43,579 nucleotides of DNA from Phycisphaerae bacterium (GTDB taxonomy: Bacteria; Planctomycetota; Phycisphaerae; Phycisphaerales; SM1A02), in NCBI GenBank assembly GCA_018665385.1, contig JABJDN010000080.1, positions 1 through 43,579 of the forward strand, read 5' to 3'. Under the pieces are notes generated by a model. The model worked only from the letters and a program-made list of their open reading frames with translations. It did not search any database and was not told where the DNA came from. Shown here piece by piece: positions 26,341 to 34,803 of this stretch; the stretch's first letter is position 1, and the number at the start of each line of letters is the position of its first letter. The translations under genes were made by a program, and so were the position numbers.

Positions 26341-26412
26341 ACCTCTGTGGCCACCTCAGAGGTAGACACAGAGGGATGCACAGAGGTTACCTCAGAGGTT
26401 ACCTCTGTGTCA
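26341..26412. repeat. Six-unit, 12-bp-periodic array of CAGAGGT/ACCTCTG motifs with overall dyad symmetry
   Basis: The 12-mers are ACCTCTGTGGCC / ACCTCAGAGGTA / GACACAGAGGGA / TGCACAGAGGTT / ACCTCAGAGGTT / ACCTCTGTGTCA. CAGAGG(T) starts at 26357, 26369, 26381 and 26393, and ACCTCTG at 26341 and 26401. Confidence 0.9.
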
Positions 26413-26501
26413 GCGAAAAAATGAAATGAGAATTTTTTCTACTGCCTGCGGTTCGGTAGCATTGCAGCACAAATTATGCAACTAGATATACACTACTGAA
26501 C

Positions 26502-27566
26502 ATGACTGCTGACGAAGAACGAAGCTTACTCCACCAAGCCGTACGCCTTGCTGAACAAGGCCATGGAACTGCTGAACCAAACCCATTGGTTGGCTGTATT
26601 ATCGTCAACCAATCTAACGACATCGTCGGCGAAGGCTTTCATGAGCGATTCGGTGAAGGGCACGCCGAAGTCAACGCTTTGCTCATGGCTGGAACAGATG
26701 CCCGCGGTGCCACGGCTTTCGTGACCCTTGCGCCTTGCAATCATCAAGGCAAGACACCGCCCTGCTCTCAAGCACTCATTGACGCTGGGATAGCGAAAGT
26801 TGTCATCGGCGCGTCTGACCCACACGAAGAAGCCAGCGGAGGCATACAGAAGCTTAAAGACTCTGGCGTTGAAGTGACACTCTTAGAAGACGAGCTATGC
26901 TGTGAATTGTTAGCACCGTTTGCACAAAAATTCACAACAGGGCTCCCATGGATTACTTGCAAGTGGGCCCAAAGCAGAAATGGTTCACTCGAAACGCCAA
27001 GTGGAGATTCTCCATGGATTAGTTCCGCTGAAAGCCAGCAACTAGTGCATGAAGAACGTGGTTGCATTGATGCAATAATTGTAGGGGTTGGCACAGTCAT
27101 AGAAGATAATCCTTCGCTCACCGTACGCAATGCAACTCAGCACCGAACCCCAGTACGAGTTGTCGTTGACCCGATGCTTCGATCTCCACAAGAAAATGCT
27201 ATTTTTGATTCTCAAGCTCCAACAATCATCGCTTGCAAAGAAGGTGTGAACACATCGGCATTCACTGCGTGCCCCATAATTCAACTTCCACATACAAATG
27301 GCGTAATGGACTTACAACCTTTATGCAAGCATCTTGCTCGAGAGTACGATGCGACACACGTAATGGCTGAAGGCGGTGCTACGCTGTTCTCTCACATCTT
27401 TTCACAAAATCTTGCAAACGAACTATGGGTGTTCGTTGCGCCGTCCGTTTCTGCAGAAGAACCGATAGTAAATATGAATACTCTTGTAGAACAACTAGAC
27501 ACTTCACTATTGCACACTGATACGTGTGGAACAGACACCGTGAACAGATATAAAGTTAACGGATAA
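26502..27566 (+). CDS. ribD: Bifunctional diaminohydroxyphosphoribosylaminopyrimidine deaminase / 5-amino-6-(5-phosphoribosylamino)uracil reductase
   Basis: Deaminase zinc motifs HAEVNAL and TLAPCNHQGKTPPC, and a C-terminal reductase domain (WITCKWAQSRNG, GVGTVIEDNPSLTVR). Confidence 0.9.
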   Translation: MTADEERSLLHQAVRLAEQGHGTAEPNPLVGCIIVNQSNDIVGEGFHERFGEGHAEVNALLMAGTDARGATAFVTLAPCNHQGKTPPCSQALIDAGIAKVVIGASDPHEEASGGIQKLKDSGVEVTLLEDELCCELLAPFAQKFTTGLPWITCKWAQSRNGSLETPSGDSPWISSAESQQLVHEERGCIDAIIVGVGTVIEDNPSLTVRNATQHRTPVRVVVDPMLRSPQENAIFDSQAPTIIACKEGVNTSAFTACPIIQLPHTNGVMDLQPLCKHLAREYDATHVMAEGGATLFSHIFSQNLANELWVFVAPSVSAEEPIVNMNTLVEQLDTSLLHTDTCGTDTVNRYKVNG

Positions 27567-28851
27567 ACGGCTCAAGATACGTTATTGATTCTGGCACGTG
27601 CAAACGCAAAACGTTATCACCATTCTCTACAATCAAACCGCCTTCTTGCGATTGTGCAATACGAACCGTGTCAAGCGGCAACCTATCGTATCCGATCAAC
27701 GTTACCGTAGCCAATTCTTGTGAACGAGGATACTCACCAATAGAAACCTGTGGCGGTTTAGTCTCAAGAAGCCAAACGAGTAAGGAGTCCACTGCATTTG
27801 ATGATTGCATTTCACCATCACTATTCACCCATGTATCTAGGTTTCGTTCGAACAGTAGTTCCTTGCCGTTTGAACGGACAACGAATTGTTTTATGTCGAA
27901 TTTTGAAACAGCACTGCCAGTTGCATCAACATATATTTCAGCTGCAGGAAACAATTGCGATAATGAATCCCATTGCACTTTGCAAACGACTGGACGACCT
28001 TCCATCATGACGTACCTATCTTGCGAACCAGCAGAAACTCTTCCGCCTACAAGTAACGTGTACGAAACACCGTCACTGTTCTCGACTGTGAAAGTCGCGA
28101 CAGGGTTATGCAAACCAAATAGTGCTAAGTCATCCGGTTCATCTAATACATACGATCCAATTCTTGCTGCAGCTAGCCGACCGATCCACTCTGTAATAAT
28201 TCCCTGATCGACTCTAGCCGAAACAGGCTCAAGCATTTTCCATTGCCCGCTCGTTCTATCAAGAAGCAACCGATCGCCATTCACAACTCTGCTAATTCGA
28301 ACGCCATCGATTGCAAAGTCTGGGAATACCCGAACATCGCGCCAGAATGTATCGTCCATATCGAGCGCAAAACGATGCAACGACTGGTCAATGAGAACAG
28401 CACTCTTGTCATGTAGTCTCGCATACGCTCTACCGCCAAGAGTTTTCCTGCCTAATTGAATAGTCAAAGATTCAGTCCCGTCAAACAACGTAATTGAATT
28501 GGCGCCTTCTCCAAGACCAATAGAATCATCAGCACTCTGCAATTCAAGAATCCCAAGTTGTTGCACACCCTGTACTGTTTTAACAAGTCTATGCATTGAC
28601 ACAGAATCTAGGCGCACAGAAAAGGGTTGTACTTGCCACCAAGTTCCATCCTTACGTTCCATCGAAATCGTTTTTCCATTTTTTTGTATCGAAATTGCAT
28701 GTACCGAATCGAATGCAAACGCATCGTCTTGGATAAAGTCGACAACTGCAGAAATGTTCGCCGTGTTCGTAGAAGTGCGAATTGCAAATGCGGTAAAGCA
28801 AGATATAACTGCCACGACACACAAAATGAGTACGTCTCTTGTCGGAATCAT
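27556..28851 (-). CDS. DUF4340-like membrane-anchored protein (last gene of the GldA/F/G-like operon)
   Basis: It has an N-terminal TM anchor and is 431 aa. The call rests mostly on its position and ATGA coupling (28848-28851) downstream of a GldG-like gene, which is the usual context of DUF4340. Confidence 0.5.
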   Translation of the reverse strand: MIPTRDVLILCVVAVISCFTAFAIRTSTNTANISAVVDFIQDDAFAFDSVHAISIQKNGKTISMERKDGTWWQVQPFSVRLDSVSMHRLVKTVQGVQQLGILELQSADDSIGLGEGANSITLFDGTESLTIQLGRKTLGGRAYARLHDKSAVLIDQSLHRFALDMDDTFWRDVRVFPDFAIDGVRISRVVNGDRLLLDRTSGQWKMLEPVSARVDQGIITEWIGRLAAARIGSYVLDEPDDLALFGLHNPVATFTVENSDGVSYTLLVGGRVSAGSQDRYVMMEGRPVVCKVQWDSLSQLFPAAEIYVDATGSAVSKFDIKQFVVRSNGKELLFERNLDTWVNSDGEMQSSNAVDSLLVWLLETKPPQVSIGEYPRSQELATVTLIGYDRLPLDTVRIAQSQEGGLIVENGDNVLRLHVPESITYLEPFIR

Positions 28852-31526
28852 GCATGCCTCCTCATTGAAGTCACGCTAGCGGCTGACAGCAAGACAATCG
28901 GTATGCCAACAATTAAAACGACAGACCACACCATATATGCAGTAGTAGATAATCCTGTAACCCTGTTTGTTTGTTGCCCTATCGGACTTGGCGATATCCA
29001 ATCATCTAATCCTGAAAGCCATTCCACCGAAGCCAAAAGCAATTCACTGTTGCCAGGATTGACCATGGCAACTTGATTTCCACCAAAAGACATCGCTCGG
29101 TCAGCTGCCCATGAAAGTAGCCAACCACCTGAACCAACGACAACCGCCCTCGCGCCGCCATGGTGCTCAACCGCGGTTGCAACGGAAACAGGCTCAGTAA
29201 TCGCTTTGATTGCATCGAAATCTGTGGAGTCACGTTCCCACTGCTCGTCCATCCAGCGGTCTTCCGTGGGGAATACTTGCAGCAATGAAACACCGCCAGA
29301 AATGCCAATTGGCAACGGCATAAACATTGGTCTGCCATCTACTGCGCGTGCTATAAGGTGTTCACCTTCTGTTGTATGAATCATTTGGCCACGTTGAATG
29401 CCTAAAGCGTTTTGCCCGGTTGCGACTCGCTCTGCTACAACATGTTTTGTATCAGCCGTCACGCCAATCGATTCAGCCAATGCGCTCCATGGATCCTTTT
29501 GACCATAGCGAGGTAAAAGACTGGGCTGTAGGTTTAACAAAACCGGTTCATTGCCCGCAAGCAATCCACGGGTTGAGTCTAGAAGTCGTTGTTCGCGTTC
29601 CGTTGGTGCCAAGCCCGCCCTGCTTGATGGGGGAATGACTACCCATACGACTGGCCCGGAATCAATTGTTGGCCGAGGGCCATCGAACGGGACCCATTCT
29701 TGAACTCTAAAACGGCTCGTTTCAAGAAGTCCTCGCACAGCGCGAACATCAACATTATTTTGCTGTTTCCTGAGCAATGATTTTTTCTCTGCGTGTACAA
29801 ATACGACCGTTGGCATTTTGTCGTATTGCAAGGAGCGCATTGCAGAAGAAATTATTTGTTCGCCACGAAATCGTAGGTCAATTGCAATTGTTTTCGATCC
29901 ACCAATATTCTTTGGAAACAACATGCTTGCGGGAATAAGTGTGCCGCGAGTTGGCGAAAGAATTAAAGCGCCTTCTCCAACTGCGAGTTGGCTTGCGAGT
30001 TGACCAATTTCTAAAGAACCAAGGCGTCTCAAATCGTCATTAACTTTTGCAAGACGCAACGCAGTGTTATCAAACGAAACCACTTCGTTTTTACAAATTG
30101 CAGAAATGGACGCAGTCCGTGTTTGCGACAACCACATTGCAACTTCCGCTAGCTCGCTTGACCACTGGCCTGACGCTGCAACAAGAATATCTCTTGCAAG
30201 GCCAATTTTGGGGAGTGGTTGCCCTTCATGGACTTCCAATGCTTTATACACCTCGTCTAGAATGACTCCGCCTTCGGAACCTACTAACGCTAGCGCATCT
30301 GCCAATGTACGGAGAGTTTCTTGTTCATCGGTTGTTGATTCCATTTGAGAAAGTGATTCTGCCCATGCGGAAGTACTTAATGCAAATGTCATGAAGGTCG
30401 AAAACTCTTCCACTCCAATATGAATTGCACGCTCTGCAACTTCCAATTCGCTTCCGTATAAAGAAACCAATTCTTGCAATAGAGCCTCGTACTTTTGGAT
30501 TGAAGAAGGATTAGTAGGGTCAATTCGTTCAACTTGTATGAAATCAGAAGCATCTTCGTACCTTCGAAGGACTTCGTCTACTTGCCGTACTACGGGTTTC
30601 GGCGTAGTTGCCTCATCGAGTAGAACGACAATTTTCCATGGCTCATCTATTGTTTCAAGGAAATTTGAGGATTGCTCGCTTAAGGTATATGCGCGTGACC
30701 CAGTTGCATCAAGACGAATACGCCCACGCTCATGCAGCGCAATGCTATTCACTGCAACTAACGAAACGAGTAGCAAAGCGATGCAAGAAACAAGTTTCAC
30801 TAATGAAAACGAGGGTTTTCTTGTTCGTTCAATAGCTATGATTGCAAGCCAACCCGAAGCGATTGCAATGGATGCGAAATACACAATGTTTGCTGTATCA
30901 ACGAGACCAATCGAAAATGGTGCGCTTCGAAGTTCAGGATCTAAAGCGAAAAAGAAATCCGCAAATCTAGTTGGGACATACGAAGGCAACACTTTCATTG
31001 CCAAAGAAAGCGTGAGCCATATAAACGCTGTTACTAAGTACGCGACTGTTTGTGAAGTTGTGCACGCAGATACGACCAAACCAGTACCCATGACTGCACT
31101 CCCAAGCAACAATAGTCCTAGGTAACCGCTTGCAACCGCGCCGTAATCTACCGTCGAGTACAACTCTGCTACTAACACAAGTGGAAATGTTGTCGCAAGC
31201 ACTAAACACAAAAACAAAAGGGAAGATAAAAATTTACCCTTTCCTAATTGGAATGAGGACACAGGAGATGCAAGAAGCACTTCCCATGTGCCCGCCTTGC
31301 GTTCTTCCGCAATCAACCGCATCGTAATGGCTGGGCAAAGCAGTAGCAGAAGCCATGTAGCAAACGAAAACATAGGCTGAAAAGAGGCGACTGCATTTGG
31401 GGATAGTATTTTTGCCATGAACACAATACTGCACGCGAACGAGAAAAGCGAAGCCACGATTGCGCCAGTAGGTACAACGAGAAGTGTGCGAGCATCTCGA
31501 AGACAAATCGAAATAATTTTTTTCAT
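28848..31526 (-). CDS. Fused ABC-2 permease (GldF-like) and GldG-like auxiliary domain protein
   Basis: The N-terminal ~240 aa is a multi-TM ABC-2 permease with IAEERKAGTWEVLLASP. The remainder starts with a GldG-like RLDATGSRAYTLSEQS...WKIVVLL and ends in a C-terminal TM anchor. ATGA overlap with the ATPase gene at 31523-31526. Confidence 0.7.
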   Translation of the reverse strand: MKKIISICLRDARTLLVVPTGAIVASLFSFACSIVFMAKILSPNAVASFQPMFSFATWLLLLLCPAITMRLIAEERKAGTWEVLLASPVSSFQLGKGKFLSSLLFLCLVLATTFPLVLVAELYSTVDYGAVASGYLGLLLLGSAVMGTGLVVSACTTSQTVAYLVTAFIWLTLSLAMKVLPSYVPTRFADFFFALDPELRSAPFSIGLVDTANIVYFASIAIASGWLAIIAIERTRKPSFSLVKLVSCIALLLVSLVAVNSIALHERGRIRLDATGSRAYTLSEQSSNFLETIDEPWKIVVLLDEATTPKPVVRQVDEVLRRYEDASDFIQVERIDPTNPSSIQKYEALLQELVSLYGSELEVAERAIHIGVEEFSTFMTFALSTSAWAESLSQMESTTDEQETLRTLADALALVGSEGGVILDEVYKALEVHEGQPLPKIGLARDILVAASGQWSSELAEVAMWLSQTRTASISAICKNEVVSFDNTALRLAKVNDDLRRLGSLEIGQLASQLAVGEGALILSPTRGTLIPASMLFPKNIGGSKTIAIDLRFRGEQIISSAMRSLQYDKMPTVVFVHAEKKSLLRKQQNNVDVRAVRGLLETSRFRVQEWVPFDGPRPTIDSGPVVWVVIPPSSRAGLAPTEREQRLLDSTRGLLAGNEPVLLNLQPSLLPRYGQKDPWSALAESIGVTADTKHVVAERVATGQNALGIQRGQMIHTTEGEHLIARAVDGRPMFMPLPIGISGGVSLLQVFPTEDRWMDEQWERDSTDFDAIKAITEPVSVATAVEHHGGARAVVVGSGGWLLSWAADRAMSFGGNQVAMVNPGNSELLLASVEWLSGLDDWISPSPIGQQTNRVTGLSTTAYMVWSVVLIVGIPIVLLSAASVTSMRRHA

Positions 31527-32416
31527 CCCTGCTCCTCAACACCATGTATTACATCTAAATACATCGTTTCGAGTGACTTCTCAGTTGGTTGCAATAACCG
31601 AAGCGTACCGCCCTGCTCTTGAACACGAGCAAAAATGACTTCGGCTTCAAGGTGCATTTCGCACCGCACCCAACCATCATCAAGAGTTTCTATTGTTTCT
31701 GCACCAATTGATTGTGCAATCTCAATAGAAGAGATTTCAACAATTTGCGATTCGTTCCTAGTCGTAGTATTGCAATTAAAAGTTGTTACGAGTTTTCCGT
31801 GATTAATGATTGTTATCGAATCGCAAGAACGTTCAACTTCTCCTAAATGGTGTGATGAATACAGTACCGCAGCATGTTGCGATACTTCTTTCAAAAGTGC
31901 ATGAAACGAAACCCGTTGCATTGGGTCAAGCCCTGTAGATGGCTCATCAAGTACAAGCAACTTTGGCTCGTGAAGCAATGCCGATGCAAGGGCCACTCTC
32001 TGCCGATACCCTCGCGACAGAGAACCTATGGGCTTCCTGAGCACATCTTGAATATCACATTTTTCTGCCCATTTTAAAATTGTCCGTGCAGTATCCTTGC
32101 GTTTGATTCCATAGAGCGATGCCATCGATGCCAAAAATTCAATGGGCAGCATCTCAAGGGGCAATGGTGCGCCTTCTGGAACATAGCCAAGCGACTGCTT
32201 TGCTGCAGTAGGATTTTTGACAAGGTCAATTCCATTAATGTGAATGCTGCCAGAACTTGGTGCTAAAACTCCACTTATCATTCGAATTGTCGTAGATTTA
32301 CCCGCCCCGTTAGGTCCTAAAAGACCAACTATTTGCCCACAGTCGACAGAAAGGTCAATACCAGCAACCGCTGATATCGAGCCAAATTTTCTTGTTGCCT
32401 GTCGAACTTGCAGCAT
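31523..32416 (-). CDS. ABC transporter ATP-binding protein (GldA-like)
   Basis: Walker A GPNGAGKST, signature LSRGYRQR and Walker B LLVLDEPSTGLD. I used the ATG at 32416 (MLQVRQATRKFGS) and rejected the upstream extension to 32599. Confidence 0.9.
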   Translation of the reverse strand: MLQVRQATRKFGSISAVAGIDLSVDCGQIVGLLGPNGAGKSTTIRMISGVLAPSSGSIHINGIDLVKNPTAAKQSLGYVPEGAPLPLEMLPIEFLASMASLYGIKRKDTARTILKWAEKCDIQDVLRKPIGSLSRGYRQRVALASALLHEPKLLVLDEPSTGLDPMQRVSFHALLKEVSQHAAVLYSSHHLGEVERSCDSITIINHGKLVTTFNCNTTTRNESQIVEISSIEIAQSIGAETIETLDDGWVRCEMHLEAEVIFARVQEQGGTLRLLQPTEKSLETMYLDVIHGVEEQG

Positions 32417-32506
32417 GGAAGGGGTAGGGTCGCACAAATGAACCGCCACGTGTGCTGCTTTTAGCCAAAGTACGTAACTTTGTAAAGCCAAAAAGGCTAA
32501 TTCTCC

Positions 32507-32526
32507 GATGCAATCGGGATTGCATC
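32507..32526. promoter_or_regulatory. Perfect 9-2-9 palindrome GATGCAATC-GG-GATTGCATC in the divergent intergenic region (candidate operator)
   Basis: The inverted repeat is exact. It lies 40 nt upstream of the GAF-REC start codon and 91 nt from the ABC ATPase start. Confidence 0.4.
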
Positions 32527-32565
32527 TGTGCGAAATGAGAGTACCCTTTGAACATAGGAACCGTA

Positions 32566-33855
32566 ATGGCAGACAAACGTCACAGACTTCAGATTTCATT
32601 TGATACTTCGCTCACTCCCGAGATTGAAGAAGCACTATCAAAACATTTTGAAATCGTAACTTCCGAATGCGAATGCGACCTTGTTCTCACAGGCGGCGGG
32701 GAAATTCAAAACAAAATAAATGCTATTTGCGATGCTGGTATTGAACTTACGCAAATAGATGCCAGCACAGTGAAATCACTCAATGTGGCGCAACGACTAC
32801 GATTGATGGAAGAAAAAGTTGTCCGTTATGTACATGAGTTACTCGACATGGACAACTTTGAAATTCGGTTGCTTGATCAACGGAGTGGAAATCTTGAATT
32901 AGTCATCGCTGAAAATTTATCCCCTTTAAAAATTGGCGAAGTCATCCGCGCTGAAGAAACCGATAACGGCATTTGTGGAAATGTTGCCGCGACCGGGAAA
33001 TCGTACATTTGCCCTGATGTCAAGCAAGAACCTCTTTACAAGCCAGGACTAGACTCCGCTTCATCTACGCTCACAGTTCCGCTCTGGTTAAACGATCAAA
33101 TCATCGGTGTGTTTAATGCTGAATCAAACACACTCGATGCGTTCAGTGAAAACGACCGAAGGCTTGCAGAAATTTTTGGCCGTTACATTGCAAGCGCAAT
33201 GCATACCCTCGATTTGCTTGTCATTCAACGATACACCACAAATGAGCAAGTTTCAAAAACCATATTAGACGAACTTTCAGCACCCCTGCAAGACTTAGAT
33301 GCACTTGCAATAGAATTAGCAAACTCTGATGGCAAACTATCTGAAAAAATGAACGAAGCTCTGAAAAATATACGTTCTAGAATTGATGCATGTACTTCGG
33401 GGCCTCAAACCATTATCGATGCTGACAGAGCCAATTTCATCAAACCAGATAAAACGATGACCGGTCGTTCTATTCTTGTGGCTGATGATGAACCGGTTGT
33501 TCGAGAGGGAGTTGAAATTGTTCTTCAAAAACTTGGTTGCAATGTTACTGTCTGCCAAGATGGAACTGAAACCATAGAAGTGCTCCAACAAGCACATAAA
33601 AACGGACAAAAATTCGATTTGATTATTTCAGACATTCGTATGCCTGGTTGCAATGGATACGAAGTCTTCCGAGCAGCAACAGAGCTATGGCCAGATCAGG
33701 CTGTCGTTCTTATGACTGGTTTTGGGTACGACCCACACCATTCCATAATGCGAGCGAGCCAAGAAGGCATGCACACGGTGCTATTCAAACCGTTCCGCAC
33801 GGACCAACTTGTAGAAACAGCCCAAAAAGCTTGCCGAAAAAAAGCAGGTTGTTAA
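32566..33855 (+). CDS. GAF domain-containing response regulator (GAF, H-box-like helix, REC) with no output domain
   Basis: GAF core ICGNVAATGKSYICPDV...LTVPLWLNDQIIGVFNAES. The receiver has DD (VADDEP), the phospho-acceptor D in LIISDIRMPG, T in LMTG and K in LFKPF. The ATG at 32566 is preferred over the TTG at 32548. Confidence 0.8.
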   Translation: MADKRHRLQISFDTSLTPEIEEALSKHFEIVTSECECDLVLTGGGEIQNKINAICDAGIELTQIDASTVKSLNVAQRLRLMEEKVVRYVHELLDMDNFEIRLLDQRSGNLELVIAENLSPLKIGEVIRAEETDNGICGNVAATGKSYICPDVKQEPLYKPGLDSASSTLTVPLWLNDQIIGVFNAESNTLDAFSENDRRLAEIFGRYIASAMHTLDLLVIQRYTTNEQVSKTILDELSAPLQDLDALAIELANSDGKLSEKMNEALKNIRSRIDACTSGPQTIIDADRANFIKPDKTMTGRSILVADDEPVVREGVEIVLQKLGCNVTVCQDGTETIEVLQQAHKNGQKFDLIISDIRMPGCNGYEVFRAATELWPDQAVVLMTGFGYDPHHSIMRASQEGMHTVLFKPFRTDQLVETAQKACRKKAGC

Positions 33856-33889
33856 CTCCAGCCGCTTAAATCGAATTACAATTCACTCT

Positions 33890-34768
33890 GTGAGTGAAAT
33901 AAAACAATGGACAACTCGAGGTTTATTGGCGTGGATGACAGAACGATTTGAAGAAAACCAAATTGAATCACCTAGGCTCATATCTGAAATGTTACTAACG
34001 CATATATTGGGTGGGCAACGGATAGATCTGTACGCAAATGCAGACCGCAAAGCAACGGAAGAAGAAAGAGAAACCCTTCGTGCACTCGTGAAGCGAGCAC
34101 TTGCCCATGAGCCAGTCCAATACATTGTTGGCAAAACTTGGTTTAATGGTCTTGAGTTCAATGTAAATTCTTCCACGCTCATTCCAAGGTCGTGCACAGA
34201 ACGGCTTGTCGACCAATGCCTACACCATGCAAATGAGTTCGTGGAACACTCTCCTGTTCGAGTAGCAGACATCGGAACAGGAACCGGATGCATCGCAATT
34301 TCAATTGCAAAGCATTCATCAAACTGCGAACTTACAGCAACAGATATTTCTGCAGACGCTTTAGCCCTTGCTACAGAAAACGCTTCGATACATTCGGTAG
34401 ATTCACGAATTGAGTTCCTTTGCGGAGATGGGCTAGAACCGTTGACAAATCTTGAACCATTCGACATTATTTGTTCAAACCCCCCATATATCCCTGACAA
34501 CGAAATGTTGCAACTTGATGCGAATGTCCGTGAGTGGGAACCCGACCTTGCCTTAAGAGGTGGGCCTGATGGTCTTCAAATTATTACGCCTCTCGTAGAA
34601 AATACCCCGAAACTACTCGCAAACGATGGTTTACTCATCCTTGAAATCGCCTCAAGCACGAGCCGATCGGTGCTTGAAATGGCTCGAAGTATCGATGGCT
34701 TACGTGATGTTGCAATCCTTCGTGATACCTTTGGCGATGACCGTTTTTTAAGGGCTAAAAAAGCCTAA
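33890..34768 (+). CDS. prmC: Peptide chain release factor N(5)-glutamine methyltransferase
   Basis: PVQYIVGKTWFNGLEF, ADIGTGTGCIAIS (SAM motif) and the catalytic NPPYI. GTG start. Confidence 0.9.
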   Translation: MSEIKQWTTRGLLAWMTERFEENQIESPRLISEMLLTHILGGQRIDLYANADRKATEEERETLRALVKRALAHEPVQYIVGKTWFNGLEFNVNSSTLIPRSCTERLVDQCLHHANEFVEHSPVRVADIGTGTGCIAISIAKHSSNCELTATDISADALALATENASIHSVDSRIEFLCGDGLEPLTNLEPFDIICSNPPYIPDNEMLQLDANVREWEPDLALRGGPDGLQIITPLVENTPKLLANDGLLILEIASSTSRSVLEMARSIDGLRDVAILRDTFGDDRFLRAKKA

Positions 34769-34803
34769 CGAAGACTTGAAAGGTTGGATAGAATGCGCAA
34801 CTT

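Noticed and set aside
26341-26412. The 12-bp repeat arrays at 26341-26412 and 20129-20185 could be a CRISPR or mini-CRISPR.
   Set aside because: The units are only 12 bp, directly abut one another without spacers, and occur in both orientations. No cas genes are present.
26413-26501. An FMN (RFN) riboswitch might be expected upstream of ribD.
   Set aside because: I could not find the conserved RFN core segments that I remember anywhere between 26281 and 26501. The region holds the 12-bp array and an AT-rich hairpin instead. An Infernal scan would be the decisive test.
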